From assembly GCF_964355755.1 (NCBI RefSeq), contig NC_092680.1:12471045-12535044 (forward strand): 64,000 nucleotides of DNA, in the 5' to 3' direction. Shown here in pieces: positions 52,199-64,000 of this stretch; positions within the stretch are counted from its first letter, which is position 1; each line of letters starts with the position of its first letter. Under the pieces are notes generated by a model. The model was not told the DNA's origin, ran no database searches, and worked only from the letters and a program-made list of their open reading frames with translations. The position numbers were made by a program, and so were the translations under genes. The DNA is from Antedon mediterranea. Lineage: Eukaryota; Animalia; Echinodermata.

Positions 52199-54030
52199 AT
52201 GAGTTTCAACTGTTTACCTACTCCGAAATTGGCAATTGGTGAGAAAGCCCGTAGGACTATGAAAAGAGTTATGGGGAGTTCTAATGGTCAAACTGACGAG
52301 TGTAGCAGTTTAAAATTACCAACGATGGCTTCTACATCAGCGAATATAATGGATTCTATAAAATCTTTTAACGGTCAAACAGATGAGTGTAAAGGTTTGA
52401 GTAAAGCCTTAGGAATGAGCGCCCGAGATTTTGCCGTAATGACCGATGGTGTACCAAAGATTTCCATAACTTCAAAGAATCGGATTTTCTTGTCTAAAAA
52501 ACGCCATGTAGTGGCCCAACGATGGGGTGACGATGTTTATGTTTGTCTCAGAGAGTATTACCAAACGGAAGAATATGGTGCCTTCAAACCTGGACCTCTA
52601 GGTATTAATTTACCCGTTCTGCTGTGGCAAAAACTTTTCAACAATATTGATTTAATTATTCAGGCACTGGAAGACTTACAAAGAGACATTAACATGGTGG
52701 AGGCAGTAAGAATCCCACTTTCGGACATAATTCATGTGGTAGTTAGTAACTGGAAAGAAGAACAATTTGTGTGTATTCGCCGCTATTACCAGTCTGAAGA
52801 AGGAGGCAAGTTTAAACCCGGTAAAAAAGGTGTAAACCTTCCAAAGAGTCAGTGGTTCAAGATAATTGAAAAACACTGTGAAATACAAAAGATGATTGAG
52901 GAGGTTAGTAATGATAATGCGGCTACTGTTGACAAAAGCGATAATGGAGGACGTTTATTCAATTCAGAACATCAATTGCTACCCCCTGATAAGTTATCGG
53001 TGCAAAAGATAATAGGGGAAAATTTAGACTGTGATTACCTTCAACTTCTTGATAAAGGAGCAGCCGATACATTGTTTAAAAAATGTGAGGAAGAGATTGA
53101 CTATTTTACCGGTGATCTTGCAAAGGTGAAAGTGTATGGAAAGTGGTTTAATATTCCTAGAAAACAGGTTAGTTCCATTATATTTTTATCCGTGGTTTTG
53201 TATTAATGACTTGTTAATTACTTGTATATCGTTTCCTTTGTTTTTCTTTATTTACCGCTGTGTAGCTATAGGTGTAATTTACTCTTTTACTGTAAATTAT
53301 TTTATTTAGGCGTGTTCATTTACATCTCGCCAAATAATAAATGACTTTCTTTGTATGGTTTCCTCTCTGCAGGTTTCGTTTGGCGATTCGGGCTTAACTT
53401 ACAAATATTCAGGCAATACAGTACCAGCTTTACCATGGCCACCATTCCTGAAAGATCTCCGCGACCTTTTAAAATCGGTTACAGGACATTACTTCAATTT
53501 TGTTTTGGTCAACCGGTAAATATTCTTGTTTATTATTTTATTTATTTATTTATTTTTTTATTGATTAAAAGGGTCTATAGTTTACCTCTAAAACGATTGA
53601 ACATTATCAGTATTCATACTGGATGATTTCTGCAATTTGTTAGATAAGATTGTTTTAATGGATAATTGGGGTTTTTTTTAGTCTCATCTTAAAATATCTT
53701 ATTTTCTATTGTATTTTGTCGTTACTCTATAGATATGCTACTGGAAGTGATTACATTGGCGAACACAAAGATGATGAGAAAGACATGGATCACTTTAGTC
53801 CAATCGCCTCTGTATCATTGGGGCAAACACGTATGTTTAGATTTCGACATGGTGATGCGCGAGGTAAGAGTCCCAAAAGAATCATTGAGCCAGTAACTGT
53901 TGATCTTAAACACGGTACATTATTAATGATGAATTATCCCACTAATGAGTACTGGTACCATTCACTGCCTAAAAATCAATCCATCAAGCTACCAAGAATA
54001 AATCTCACGTTTAGAGATATTAAAAGATGA
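52199..54030 (+). CDS. Tandem PC4 (Sub1/p15) domains fused to ALKBH2-type Fe(II)/2OG DNA demethylase, 469 aa, 3 exons
   Basis: Exons 52199-53167, 53373-53515 and 53733-54030 (GT-AG, phases 0 and 2). PC4 repeats at aa about 95-157 and 171-233 (VCLREYY...FKPGPLGINL; VCIRRYY...FKPGKKGVNL...QW). AlkB part reads LDCDY...EIDYFTGDLAKVKVYGKWFNIPRKQ/VSFGDSGLTYKYSG...FNFVLVNR/YATGSDYIGEHKDDE...YWYHSLP...RINLTFR, with HxD...H and RxxxxxR intact. Confidence 0.92.
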
Positions 54031-57000
54031 GAGAAATGTTACGCAAACATTACAGTCTTTAATAGTGATTGCAGATCTCAAGAATATCAACTGTTCATGA
54101 TCTGTTCTCATTTAGTATAGTAGTACCAGTTGAATTATTTTTGTGATGATATTCCTACAAATGGTTGTATTATTGTATTGAAGTTAATTCACTTAGATCT
54201 TGGCCTAATTCCATTGATCGTTAATAATCATGTGATTGTTTGTCATTGTGTGGATAATGATTAACTTTACGAATAATTTCTTAAAAGTAACTTGTAATGT
54301 ATTTCTAATTGTTAAATACAATTTTTTATGTTTTTAATAAGTGTGTAAGTTTTTCTTTAAAGCATTTTAATCGTAATTTCAAGAGTAATATGTACTTGTA
54401 ACGTTTGAAACGGACTGGTAGATTAAACAAAAAAAAACAAAAACAACAAAAACAAAACACGTTATAATAACACTAATAATAGCACATATTTTCGTACATG
54501 TATCAATGATTTATCTACATATGTGTGATTAATATTATTACAATAAAGACCATGTACATCTACGATATTTTTACTGTAAGTGGTATTGTAAATAAAAATT
54601 ATGAATTCAATCGTGAGATAAGACCGATATCTGTGTATTATTTTATATTACTTTTATCATAATTGCAACAACAAAAAAACTCAGAGAAATCATAATTATC
54701 GAATACAGAAAGACGTTTTGGTTACCAATTGTATTTCTTGACACTTAATACATTTTAACAGAAAACAAGACCTTCAACCGGAGCCAAAAATGGAAATTTG
54801 TTTACGTGCAGGTTATTGCCATTAGATATTCTTAGAACTACTTTGGTTTATAAATATTGTCACTTTTTTTCTACACGTTTATCTACCGAGATTTTGTTTT
54901 CCTTTTTATGAATCTTCCGTTGTTCATAAGCATTATTAATTTTTACAGGCCTTGTTCTTCGCTTTGCAGGCTAAATCTTATAACGGCATAGGCCTACATT
55001 TTAACGGTTCTTTGTAAATATCCTCTTATTGATTGTTACCTTTAGTTCTCTGAATGTTTTAATTTACCGTAGATGATGAAAAAATCCCTTAATCTAGCAC
55101 CATTTAAAAAAAAAAAAAAAGGTTCCGCAGTAAATGGTTTATTTTTGATGGTATTGATGGAATCATCGAGGCACAATATTAGGCTGAAAAACATGACGTC
55201 ACTATTTTAAACGGTTTATCATAACAAGAACAATTAACCAATCACAAAACTGAGCTACTGATTTGCGTAGAAGTTTCTGGAAATGACAAATTAAGGAAAC
55301 ACGTACACATTAATAAATATATATTAATTTTTATATAAATAATAGACAAAACAAAAGGAAATACACCAAACAAATCATTTTTGTTATGAATTTATAATAA
55401 CTTTAAATTTTGTCCATCACAGGAGACGCGTTTAGCGTTTTCCAATTGTAAAACAGTTTCGCATTGCGTCGCAACACATGCACATACTGCAAGTACCGTA
55501 CCGTACTGTAACAAGTCTACTGATATGTATTTTGTTGGTCACTCATCATTTTAGCCAACACATTATTTAACTCATCAGGTGTAATATCTTTTCACAAATC
55601 CTTTATATCTTTACTTTTTCTTGACAACTCATAACAAACAAGAATAGTACTCTGAATGAGTGTGGGAGAGGTGTGTGAGAGTCCCATTCAACTAAACCTT
55701 GCCAATTTGTACTCGACCTACGATAAAACCATTTTTTTAAAGTCAACATAGCGACGCGAGAAAAAATTGATAATAGGGATAAAAAGTTTTTCTTGCATTG
55801 TTATACAGTAATCTATGTTTTTCGGTGTTTACACCATCTCATTGTTTATAATTACGTTTGTTAATATCGATAGTGTTTCTCTAGCAGAGTTATATTACTT
55901 GTTTATACTCGTATAGTTTGAAGTCCTCCATGTTGTTCGTATATTTTGTAAAAAGTGTACTTATGATTACTTTTAAAAACCAACTCATTTTATTTGCATT
56001 TTATCTACACCTCATGGTTAAAATGTGTTGTTTTTCATAGAGTGTGATGATGCTTAAAACGTTATACTAGTATAACCACCAAAACGGTTTATTATCTGTA
56101 GGAAATCATCAATTGTAACATGCGGTAAACAATACAAATTAGTTTCACAAATTATTAAAAAATAGCACAATTGTTACAAATGAATTTAAGAAAATAAAGG
56201 TGTACAGATTTTATTTCGAAAAAGTGTAGGCCTATACCTACAAAGATAATTTTACATAAAGTGTACAGAATAAATTAACAAAAAAAGGTCACACATACAT
56301 TAAACTAATTCTTATAAAAGTGTACAGTGTACTTTGGTTATCAGGTATATCAACTTTAGTATTTTAAGTATAGGGCCTATTTGTGGCAAACACACGGTCC
56401 CTTTTAATTGTGGGTAGAGGCCTTTTGCCGTTCGTAATTCAAACTGTTCGTAAAATTGAAGTTAATATTCTGAGATTAGGCCTATAGCCTATGATCGCAG
56501 CTTATACTAGTCAACGGTCTAAAAGAGTTGTATTGCAGGATGTGAAACATAAAAGTTCATTAATAAACAGTATATTATAACGATAAAGAAACGAATGTAC
56601 GATACACCAATATAGCAATACAATAACTGATTAACTGAAAACTTGAAGTCTACTGTATTCCTACAATCATTCAAGTAGACATTGTTTGCTGAGTGTATGG
56701 TACTTTCTCCAAAGAGAATTCGAACGATGGGCTTTCGGACGTGTTTCTACGGTTATCAGAACGGGTCGATAATGAAAAAAAAACAAAAACAAAACAAACA
56801 AACTGCCTACTAACTCCCAAAAAAATCAATACCTATAAATAAGCTGAACCTACCCCACTAAATAATCTCTTCCATACATCAAAATCGACCGAAAATGATC
56901 TGGACATTGAAAAATGGACACGGTCGTCTGTTCTTCTTTTCTGTTTCCACGGCTTGGGACGACATCCCTGTTAGTGATGTACGGTAGCCATGCGGTCTAC

Positions 57001-57412
57001 ACACTTATGATGACCACATCGCATAACATGTTCAGGGAACTTATTTTTCAACTCTCTGATACAATGTTTAAATACAAGTAGACTGGAAACCATTTAGGAA
57101 CAGGGGTTTCTAATAATAAAAGTTGTTTAAAACTTTAGTTATTGTCAAGGGGAATTGTTCAAGACTTGGAGTAAAAATGGTCAAGACCGGAGGAAAATGG
57201 TCAAGACCGGGGAAAATGGTCAAGACCGAAAGAAAATTAAATTTCACCATTTTATAAGTTTATAGTCATTTATTGTGTTAAAATTCATTTATTATTAGAC
57301 CTGTATACGTATTCAATAACAAAAAATAACTTTGTTACATTAATAACATATCTTTAGTGGTTAAGGTAATATATTATTTCTCTGTATACTGACGTCACAA
57401 ATATAGATAAAG

Positions 57413-57708
57413 AGAGACTGTAACTAAATGTTTATTACTTATTAGGGTTACAGGGAGAGTTCCATGCAGCATTAAAAGGTCAATTAATGAGCCACCCAAC
57501 TTAATTAAGTACCGGTACTTAACAAATGTGCTCAAACTCAATAAGGGTTACAAATCTACAAGAGACTGTAACTAAATGTTTATTACTTATTAGGGTTACA
57601 GGGAGAGTTCCATGCAACATTAAAAGGTCAATTAATGAGCCACCCAACTTAATTAAGTACCGGTACTTAACAAATGTGCTCAAACTCAATAAGGGTTACA
57701 AATCTACA
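57413..57708. repeat. Two tandem 148-bp copies in the palindrome spacer
   Basis: AGAGACTGTAACTAAATG...GGGTTACAAATCTACA at 57413-57560 and 57561-57708. One visible mismatch (GCAGC vs GCAAC). Confidence 0.95.
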
Positions 57709-60700
57709 AAAGAGGACATTTTATTTTTAAACCAGGGTTAAACATTAAAAGGTCAATTACTTGAACTCTGAACATGGGAAAAATACTTGTGTCAATTGAC
57801 ACTTGAACTTGACATCTATACAAGGACGAATAGACTGTGACAATTAACCATGACCTCTGGTCAGCCGTTTTCACAGTTGACCATTTTCCCCGGTCTTGAC
57901 CATTTTCCTCCGGTCTTGACCATTTTTACTCCAAGTCTTGAACAATTCCCCTTGACAATAACTAAAGTTTTAAACAACTTTTATTATTAGAAACCCCTGT
58001 TCCTAAATGGTTTCCAGTCTACTTGTATTTAAACATTGTATCAGAGAGTTGAAAAATAAGTTCCCTGAACATGTTATGCGATGTGGTCATCATAAGTGTG
58101 TAGACCGCATGGCTACCGTACATCACTAACAGGGATGTCGTCCCAAGCCGTGGAAACAGAAAAGAAGAACAGACGACCGTGTCCATTTTTCAATGTCCAG
58201 ATCATTTTCGGTCGATTTTGATGTATGGAAGAGATTATTTAGTGGGGTAGGTTCAGCTTATTTATAGGTATTGATTTTTTTGGGAGTTAGTAGGCAGTTT
58301 GTTTGTTTTGTTTTTGTTTTTTTTTCATTATCGACCCGTTCTGATAACCGTAGAAACACGTCCGAAAGCCCATCGTTCGAATTCTCTTTGGAGAAAGTAC
58401 CATACACTCAGCAAACAATGTCTACTTGAATGATTGTAGGAATACAGTAGACTTCAAGTTTTCAGTTAATCAGTTATTGTATTGCTATATTGGTGTATCG
58501 TACATTCGTTTCTTTATCGTTATAATATACTGTTTATTAATGAACTTTTATGTTTCACATCCTGCAATACAACTCTTTTAGACCGTTGACTAGTATAAGC
58601 TGCGATCATAGGCTATAGGCCTAATCTCAGAATATTAACTTCAATTTTACGAACAGTTTGAATTACGAACGGCAAAAGGCCTCTACCCACAATTAAAAGG
58701 GACCGTGTGTTTGCCACAAATAGGCCCTATACTTAAAATACTAAAGTTGATATACCTGATAACCAAAGTACACTGTACACTTTTATAAGAATTAGTTTAA
58801 TGTATGTGTGACCTTTTTTTGTTAATTTATTCTGTACACTTTATGTAAAATTATCTTTGTAGGTATAGGCCTACACTTTTTCGAAATAAAATCTGTACAC
58901 CTTTATTTTCTTAAATTCATTTGTAACAATTGTGCTATTTTTTAATAATTTGTGAAACTAATTTGTATTGTTTACCGCATGTTACAATTGATGATTTCCT
59001 ACAGATAATAAACCGTTTTGGTGGTTATACTAGTATAACGTTTTAAGCATCATCACACTCTATGAAAAACAACACATTTTAACCATGAGGTGTAGATAAA
59101 ATGCAAATAAAATGAGTTGGTTTTTAAAAGTAATCATAAGTACACTTTTTACAAAATATACGAACAACATGGAGGACTTCAAACTATACGAGTATAAACA
59201 AGTAATATAACTCTGCTAGAGAAACACTATCGATATTAACAAACGTAATTATAAACAATGAGATGGTGTAAACACCGAAAAACATAGATTACTGTATAAC
59301 AATGCAAGAAAAACTTTTTATCCCTATTATCAATTTTTTCTCGCGTCGCTATGTTGACTTTAAAAAAATGGTTTTATCGTAGGTCGAGTACAAATTGGCA
59401 AGGTTTAGTTGAATGGGACTCTCACACACCTCTCCCACACTCATTCAGAGTACTATTCTTGTTTGTTATGAGTTGTCAAGAAAAAGTAAAGATATAAAGG
59501 ATTTGTGAAAAGATATTACACCTGATGAGTTAAATAATGTGTTGGCTAAAATGATGAGTGACCAACAAAATACATATCAGTAGACTTGTTACAGTACGGT
59601 ACGGTACTTGCAGTATGTGCATGTGTTGCGACGCAATGCGAAACTGTTTTACAATTGGAAAACGCTAAACGCGTCTCCTGTGATGGACAAAATTTAAAGT
59701 TATTATAAATTCATAACAAAAATGATTTGTTTGGTGTATTTCCTTTTGTTTTGTCTATTATTTATATAAAAATTAATATATATTTATTAATGTGTACGTG
59801 TTTCCTTAATTTGTCATTTCCAGAAACTTCTACGCAAATCAGTAGCTCAGTTTTGTGATTGGTTAATTGTTCTTGTTATGATAAACCGTTTAAAATAGTG
59901 ACGTCATGTTTTTCAGCCTAATATTGTGCCTCGATGATTCCATCAATACCATCAAAAATAAACCATTTACTGCGGAACCTTTTTTTTTTTTTTTAAATGG
60001 TGCTAGATTAAGGGATTTTTTCATCATCTACGGTAAATTAAAACATTCAGAGAACTAAAGGTAACAATCAATAAGAGGATATTTACAAAGAACCGTTAAA
60101 ATGTAGGCCTATGCCGTTATAAGATTTAGCCTGCAAAGCGAAGAACAAGGCCTGTAAAAATTAATAATGCTTATGAACAACGGAAGATTCATAAAAAGGA
60201 AAACAAAATCTCGGTAGATAAACGTGTAGAAAAAAAGTGACAATATTTATAAACCAAAGTAGTTCTAAGAATATCTAATGGCAATAACCTGCACGTAAAC
60301 AAATTTCCATTTTTGGCTCCGGTTGAAGGTCTTGTTTTCTGTTAAAATGTATTAAGTGTCAAGAAATACAATTGGTAACCAAAACGTCTTTCTGTATTCG
60401 ATAATTATGATTTCTCTGAGTTTTTTTGTTGTTGCAATTATGATAAAAGTAATATAAAATAATACACAGATATCGGTCTTATCTCACGATTGAATTCATA
60501 ATTTTTATTTACAATACCACTTACAGTAAAAATATCGTAGATGTACATGGTCTTTATTGTAATAATATTAATCACACATATGTAGATAAATCATTGATAC
60601 ATGTACGAAAATATGTGCTATTATTAGTGTTATTATAACGTGTTTTGTTTTTGTTGTTTTTGTTTTTTTTTGTTTAATCTACCAGTCCGTTTCAAACGTT

Positions 60701-61069
60701 ACAAGTACATATTACTCTTGAAATTACGATTAAAATGCTTTAAAGAAAAACTTACACACTTATTAAAAACATAAAAAATTGTATTTAACAATTAGAAATA
60801 CATTACAAGTTACTTTTAAGAAATTATTCGTAAAGTTAATCATTATCCACACAATGACAAACAATCACATGATTATTAACGATCAATGGAATTAGGCCAA
60901 GATCTAAGTGAATTAACTTCAATACAATAATACAACCATTTGTAGGAATATCATCACAAAAATAATTCAACTGGTACTACTATACTAAATGAGAACAGAT
61001 CATGAACAGTTGATATTCTTGAGATCTGCAATCACTATTAAAGACTGTAATGTTTGCGTAACATTTCTC

Positions 61070-62901
61070 TCATCTTTTAATATCTCTAAACGTGAGATTT
61101 ATTCTTGGTAGCTTGATGGATTGATTTTTAGGCAGTGAATGGTACCAGTACTCATTAGTGGGATAATTCATCATTAATAATGTACCGTGTTTAAGATCAA
61201 CAGTTACTGGCTCAATGATTCTTTTGGGACTCTTACCTCGCGCATCACCATGTCGAAATCTAAACATACGTGTTTGCCCCAATGATACAGAGGCGATTGG
61301 ACTAAAGTGATCCATGTCTTTCTCATCATCTTTGTGTTCGCCAATGTAATCACTTCCAGTAGCATATCTATAGAGTAACGACAAAATACAATAGAAAATA
61401 AGATATTTTAAGATGAGACTAAAAAAAACCCCAATTATCCATTAAAACAATCTTATCTAACAAATTGCAGAAATCATCCAGTATGAATACTGATAATGTT
61501 CAATCGTTTTAGAGGTAAACTATAGACCCTTTTAATCAATAAAAAAATAAATAAATAAATAAAATAATAAACAAGAATATTTACCGGTTGACCAAAACAA
61601 AATTGAAGTAATGTCCTGTAACCGATTTTAAAAGGTCGCGGAGATCTTTCAGGAATGGTGGCCATGGTAAAGCTGGTACTGTATTGCCTGAATATTTGTA
61701 AGTTAAGCCCGAATCGCCAAACGAAACCTGCAGAGAGGAAACCATACAAAGAAAGTCATTTATTATTTGGCGAGATGTAAATGAACACGCCTAAATAAAA
61801 TAATTTACAGTAAAAGAGTAAATTACACCTATAGCTACACAGCGGTAAATAAAGAAAAACAAAGGAAACGATATACAAGTAATTAACAAGTCATTAATAC
61901 AAAACCACGGATAAAAATATAATGGAACTAACCTGTTTTCTAGGAATATTAAACCACTTTCCATACACTTTCACCTTTGCAAGATCACCGGTAAAATAGT
62001 CAATCTCTTCCTCACATTTTTTAAACAATGTATCGGCTGCTCCTTTATCAAGAAGTTGAAGGTAATCACAGTCTAAATTTTCCCCTATTATCTTTTGCAC
62101 CGATAACTTATCAGGGGGTAGCAATTGATGTTCTGAATTGAATAAACGTCCTCCATTATCGCTTTTGTCAACAGTAGCCGCATTATCATTACTAACCTCC
62201 TCAATCATCTTTTGTATTTCACAGTGTTTTTCAATTATCTTGAACCACTGACTCTTTGGAAGGTTTACACCTTTTTTACCGGGTTTAAACTTGCCTCCTT
62301 CTTCAGACTGGTAATAGCGGCGAATACACACAAATTGTTCTTCTTTCCAGTTACTAACTACCACATGAATTATGTCCGAAAGTGGGATTCTTACTGCCTC
62401 CACCATGTTAATGTCTCTTTGTAAGTCTTCCAGTGCCTGAATAATTAAATCAATATTGTTGAAAAGTTTTTGCCACAGCAGAACGGGTAAATTAATACCT
62501 AGAGGTCCAGGTTTGAAGGCACCATATTCTTCCGTTTGGTAATACTCTCTGAGACAAACATAAACATCGTCACCCCATCGTTGGGCCACTACATGGCGTT
62601 TTTTAGACAAGAAAATCCGATTCTTTGAAGTTATGGAAATCTTTGGTACACCATCGGTCATTACGGCAAAATCTCGGGCGCTCATTCCTAAGGCTTTACT
62701 CAAACCTTTACACTCATCTGTTTGACCGTTAAAAGATTTTATAGAATCCATTATATTCGCTGATGTAGAAGCCATCGTTGGTAATTTTAAACTGCTACAC
62801 TCGTCAGTTTGACCATTAGAACTCCCCATAACTCTTTTCATAGTCCTACGGGCTTTCTCACCAATTGCCAATTTCGGAGTAGGTAAACAGTTGAAACTCA
62901 T
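61070..62901 (-). CDS. Mirror copy of the PC4-PC4-ALKBH2 fusion gene
   Basis: Exons 62901-61933, 61727-61585 and 61367-61070. ORF translations are identical to the left-arm copy. Confidence 0.9.
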
Positions 62902-63063
62902 GTTTATAGACTGTAGAGAGTTACAGAGAGTGAAACGAACGATTACGCTTGAATCAGGATGTATATGCAGCTCAGTAGGGAAGTAGCCCAGTACAGTAAT
63001 TAAAAAGATAATGATTGTTATTTCCGGTCAATCGTTTCCGTGACACGTGCGATCAAACACAAT

Positions 63064-63618
63064 TTAAATATCCTCGCACAACAGCTTAAAAATAGCCTCT
63101 GAATTAATCAGGGTATTGACAAGAAAATAAACGAAATGTCTATACCGAGGCAATGAATATTCTCCTTGCATATTTAGTTCGTTGTAAACGGTATCGACTG
63201 AAACATACTTCTTATCCAGAACCTCCCGATAAAAATAGTCAATCTGTTCTTCTAGAGACTTCATACAACAGAAATCATGATCTTTTTGACTGCTCCTGTC
63301 AAATTCACAACCATAACAAGCCGCTTTACTTAAAACCCAACACTTGGCTAACACTTGAGCAGCAAACAATTGTTTAACCAAACGCTCCATTTTCAACAAA
63401 AATTCTCTCTCCACCTCGTCCACGTACGTAAATATACAACTTGTAGGCCTGTTACTCCTCTCGACTCCTTCATCTATACCGGCGGGGATAACCTCTTCGG
63501 CCGCCGTGTAACGATCATCTATATCACTGCCTGGAACAACAACAGTATCCTCATCATCGCTAATTATTATAACAGTATCTACACAACTCCCTTGCGAAAA
63601 ATATATACTTCCAGACAT
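63064..63618 (-). CDS. Mirror copy of the 184-aa Cys/His-motif protein
   Basis: Translation identical to 51482-52036. Confidence 0.75.
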   Translation of the reverse strand: MSGSIYFSQGSCVDTVIIISDDEDTVVVPGSDIDDRYTAAEEVIPAGIDEGVERSNRPTSCIFTYVDEVEREFLLKMERLVKQLFAAQVLAKCWVLSKAACYGCEFDRSSQKDHDFCCMKSLEEQIDYFYREVLDKKYVSVDTVYNELNMQGEYSLPRYRHFVYFLVNTLINSEAIFKLLCEDI

Positions 63619-64000
63619 AATGAAATACTGTAAAGAGATACTCTACGCAAAGATAGGCAAAACAACTGGAAAATAGTACAGCAATAGCCGCTTCACTTTG
63701 TTTCACCGTCTTAAATCGTAAATAAAGTAATGACGTCACTCACCACGTACCAGAACATCGCGCCAAAAATTAATAAATAAGAGACAAAGAAACACCTGGC
63801 GGAAATTACATATCTATTGCGAAACTACCAGGAAATACACCAAGGCCAACTTTGGGCTGAAGTACCAGGAAATGAACGACCTTCATTAGAAACATCTGGT
63901 GGAAATTATATAACTATTACGTAACTACCAGGAAATACACCAAGGCCAACCTTGGGCTGAAGTACCAGGAAATGAACGACCTTCATTAGAAACACCTGGC

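Larger units (their letters stand above)
51100..64000. repeat. Giant inverted repeat: arms 51100-57223 and 57877-64000 (at least 6124 bp each), 653-bp spacer
   Basis: All mirrored ORF coordinates sum to 115100 and their translations are identical. Spot checks of homopolymers and microsatellites (A15/T15, the CAAAA tract) match exactly. The right arm is cut by the window edge. Confidence 0.98.

Noticed and set aside
53351-53626. 91-aa ORF (and mirror 61474-61749) as a separate gene
   Set aside because: It is an off-frame reading of AlkB exon 2 plus intron sequence.
57440-57740. TTAGGG-like motifs in the spacer as telomeric repeat
   Set aside because: Only isolated single hexamers inside a 148-bp duplication, with no tandem telomeric tract.
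58133-58246. Possible extra exon in the palindrome arm (CTAACAG acceptor, GTAGGT donor, open frame GCRPKPWKQ...)
   Set aside because: No recognisable homology and no partner exons identified, so it is unsupported.

Overview
AT-rich, intron-containing animal DNA. A marine invertebrate, possibly an echinoderm, is my inference from the gene and transposon content. Two intact host genes face each other: a 6-exon RidA/UK114 deaminase (+, 16138-32161) and a 4-exon NXPE-family gene (-, 48189-35291). Their large first introns and the flanking DNA hold nested transposons: P-like, MULE-like, hAT-like, Kolobok-like and Academ-like non-autonomous elements, a CR1/L2 LINE with a 2A-like peptide, a young Gypsy element with identical LTRs, and a decayed HECT-ligase/DDE-transposase pair resembling IS3EU. 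The standout is the right end. Positions 51100-57223 and 57877-64000 are mirror images (coordinate pairs sum to 115100) around a 653-bp spacer, and the palindrome runs off the window. Each arm carries a 184-aa Cys/His-motif ORF and a spliced 469-aa gene fusing two PC4 ssDNA-binding domains to an intact ALKBH2-type demethylase that lacks the dsDNA-binding RKK motif. The left arm is preceded by AGTAGT and an exact 100-bp tandem array, suggesting a snap-back, non-autonomous Maverick/Polinton-like element carrying an ssDNA repair module. An assembly fold-back artefact must be excluded. All family calls come from motif recognition by eye; no searches were run.
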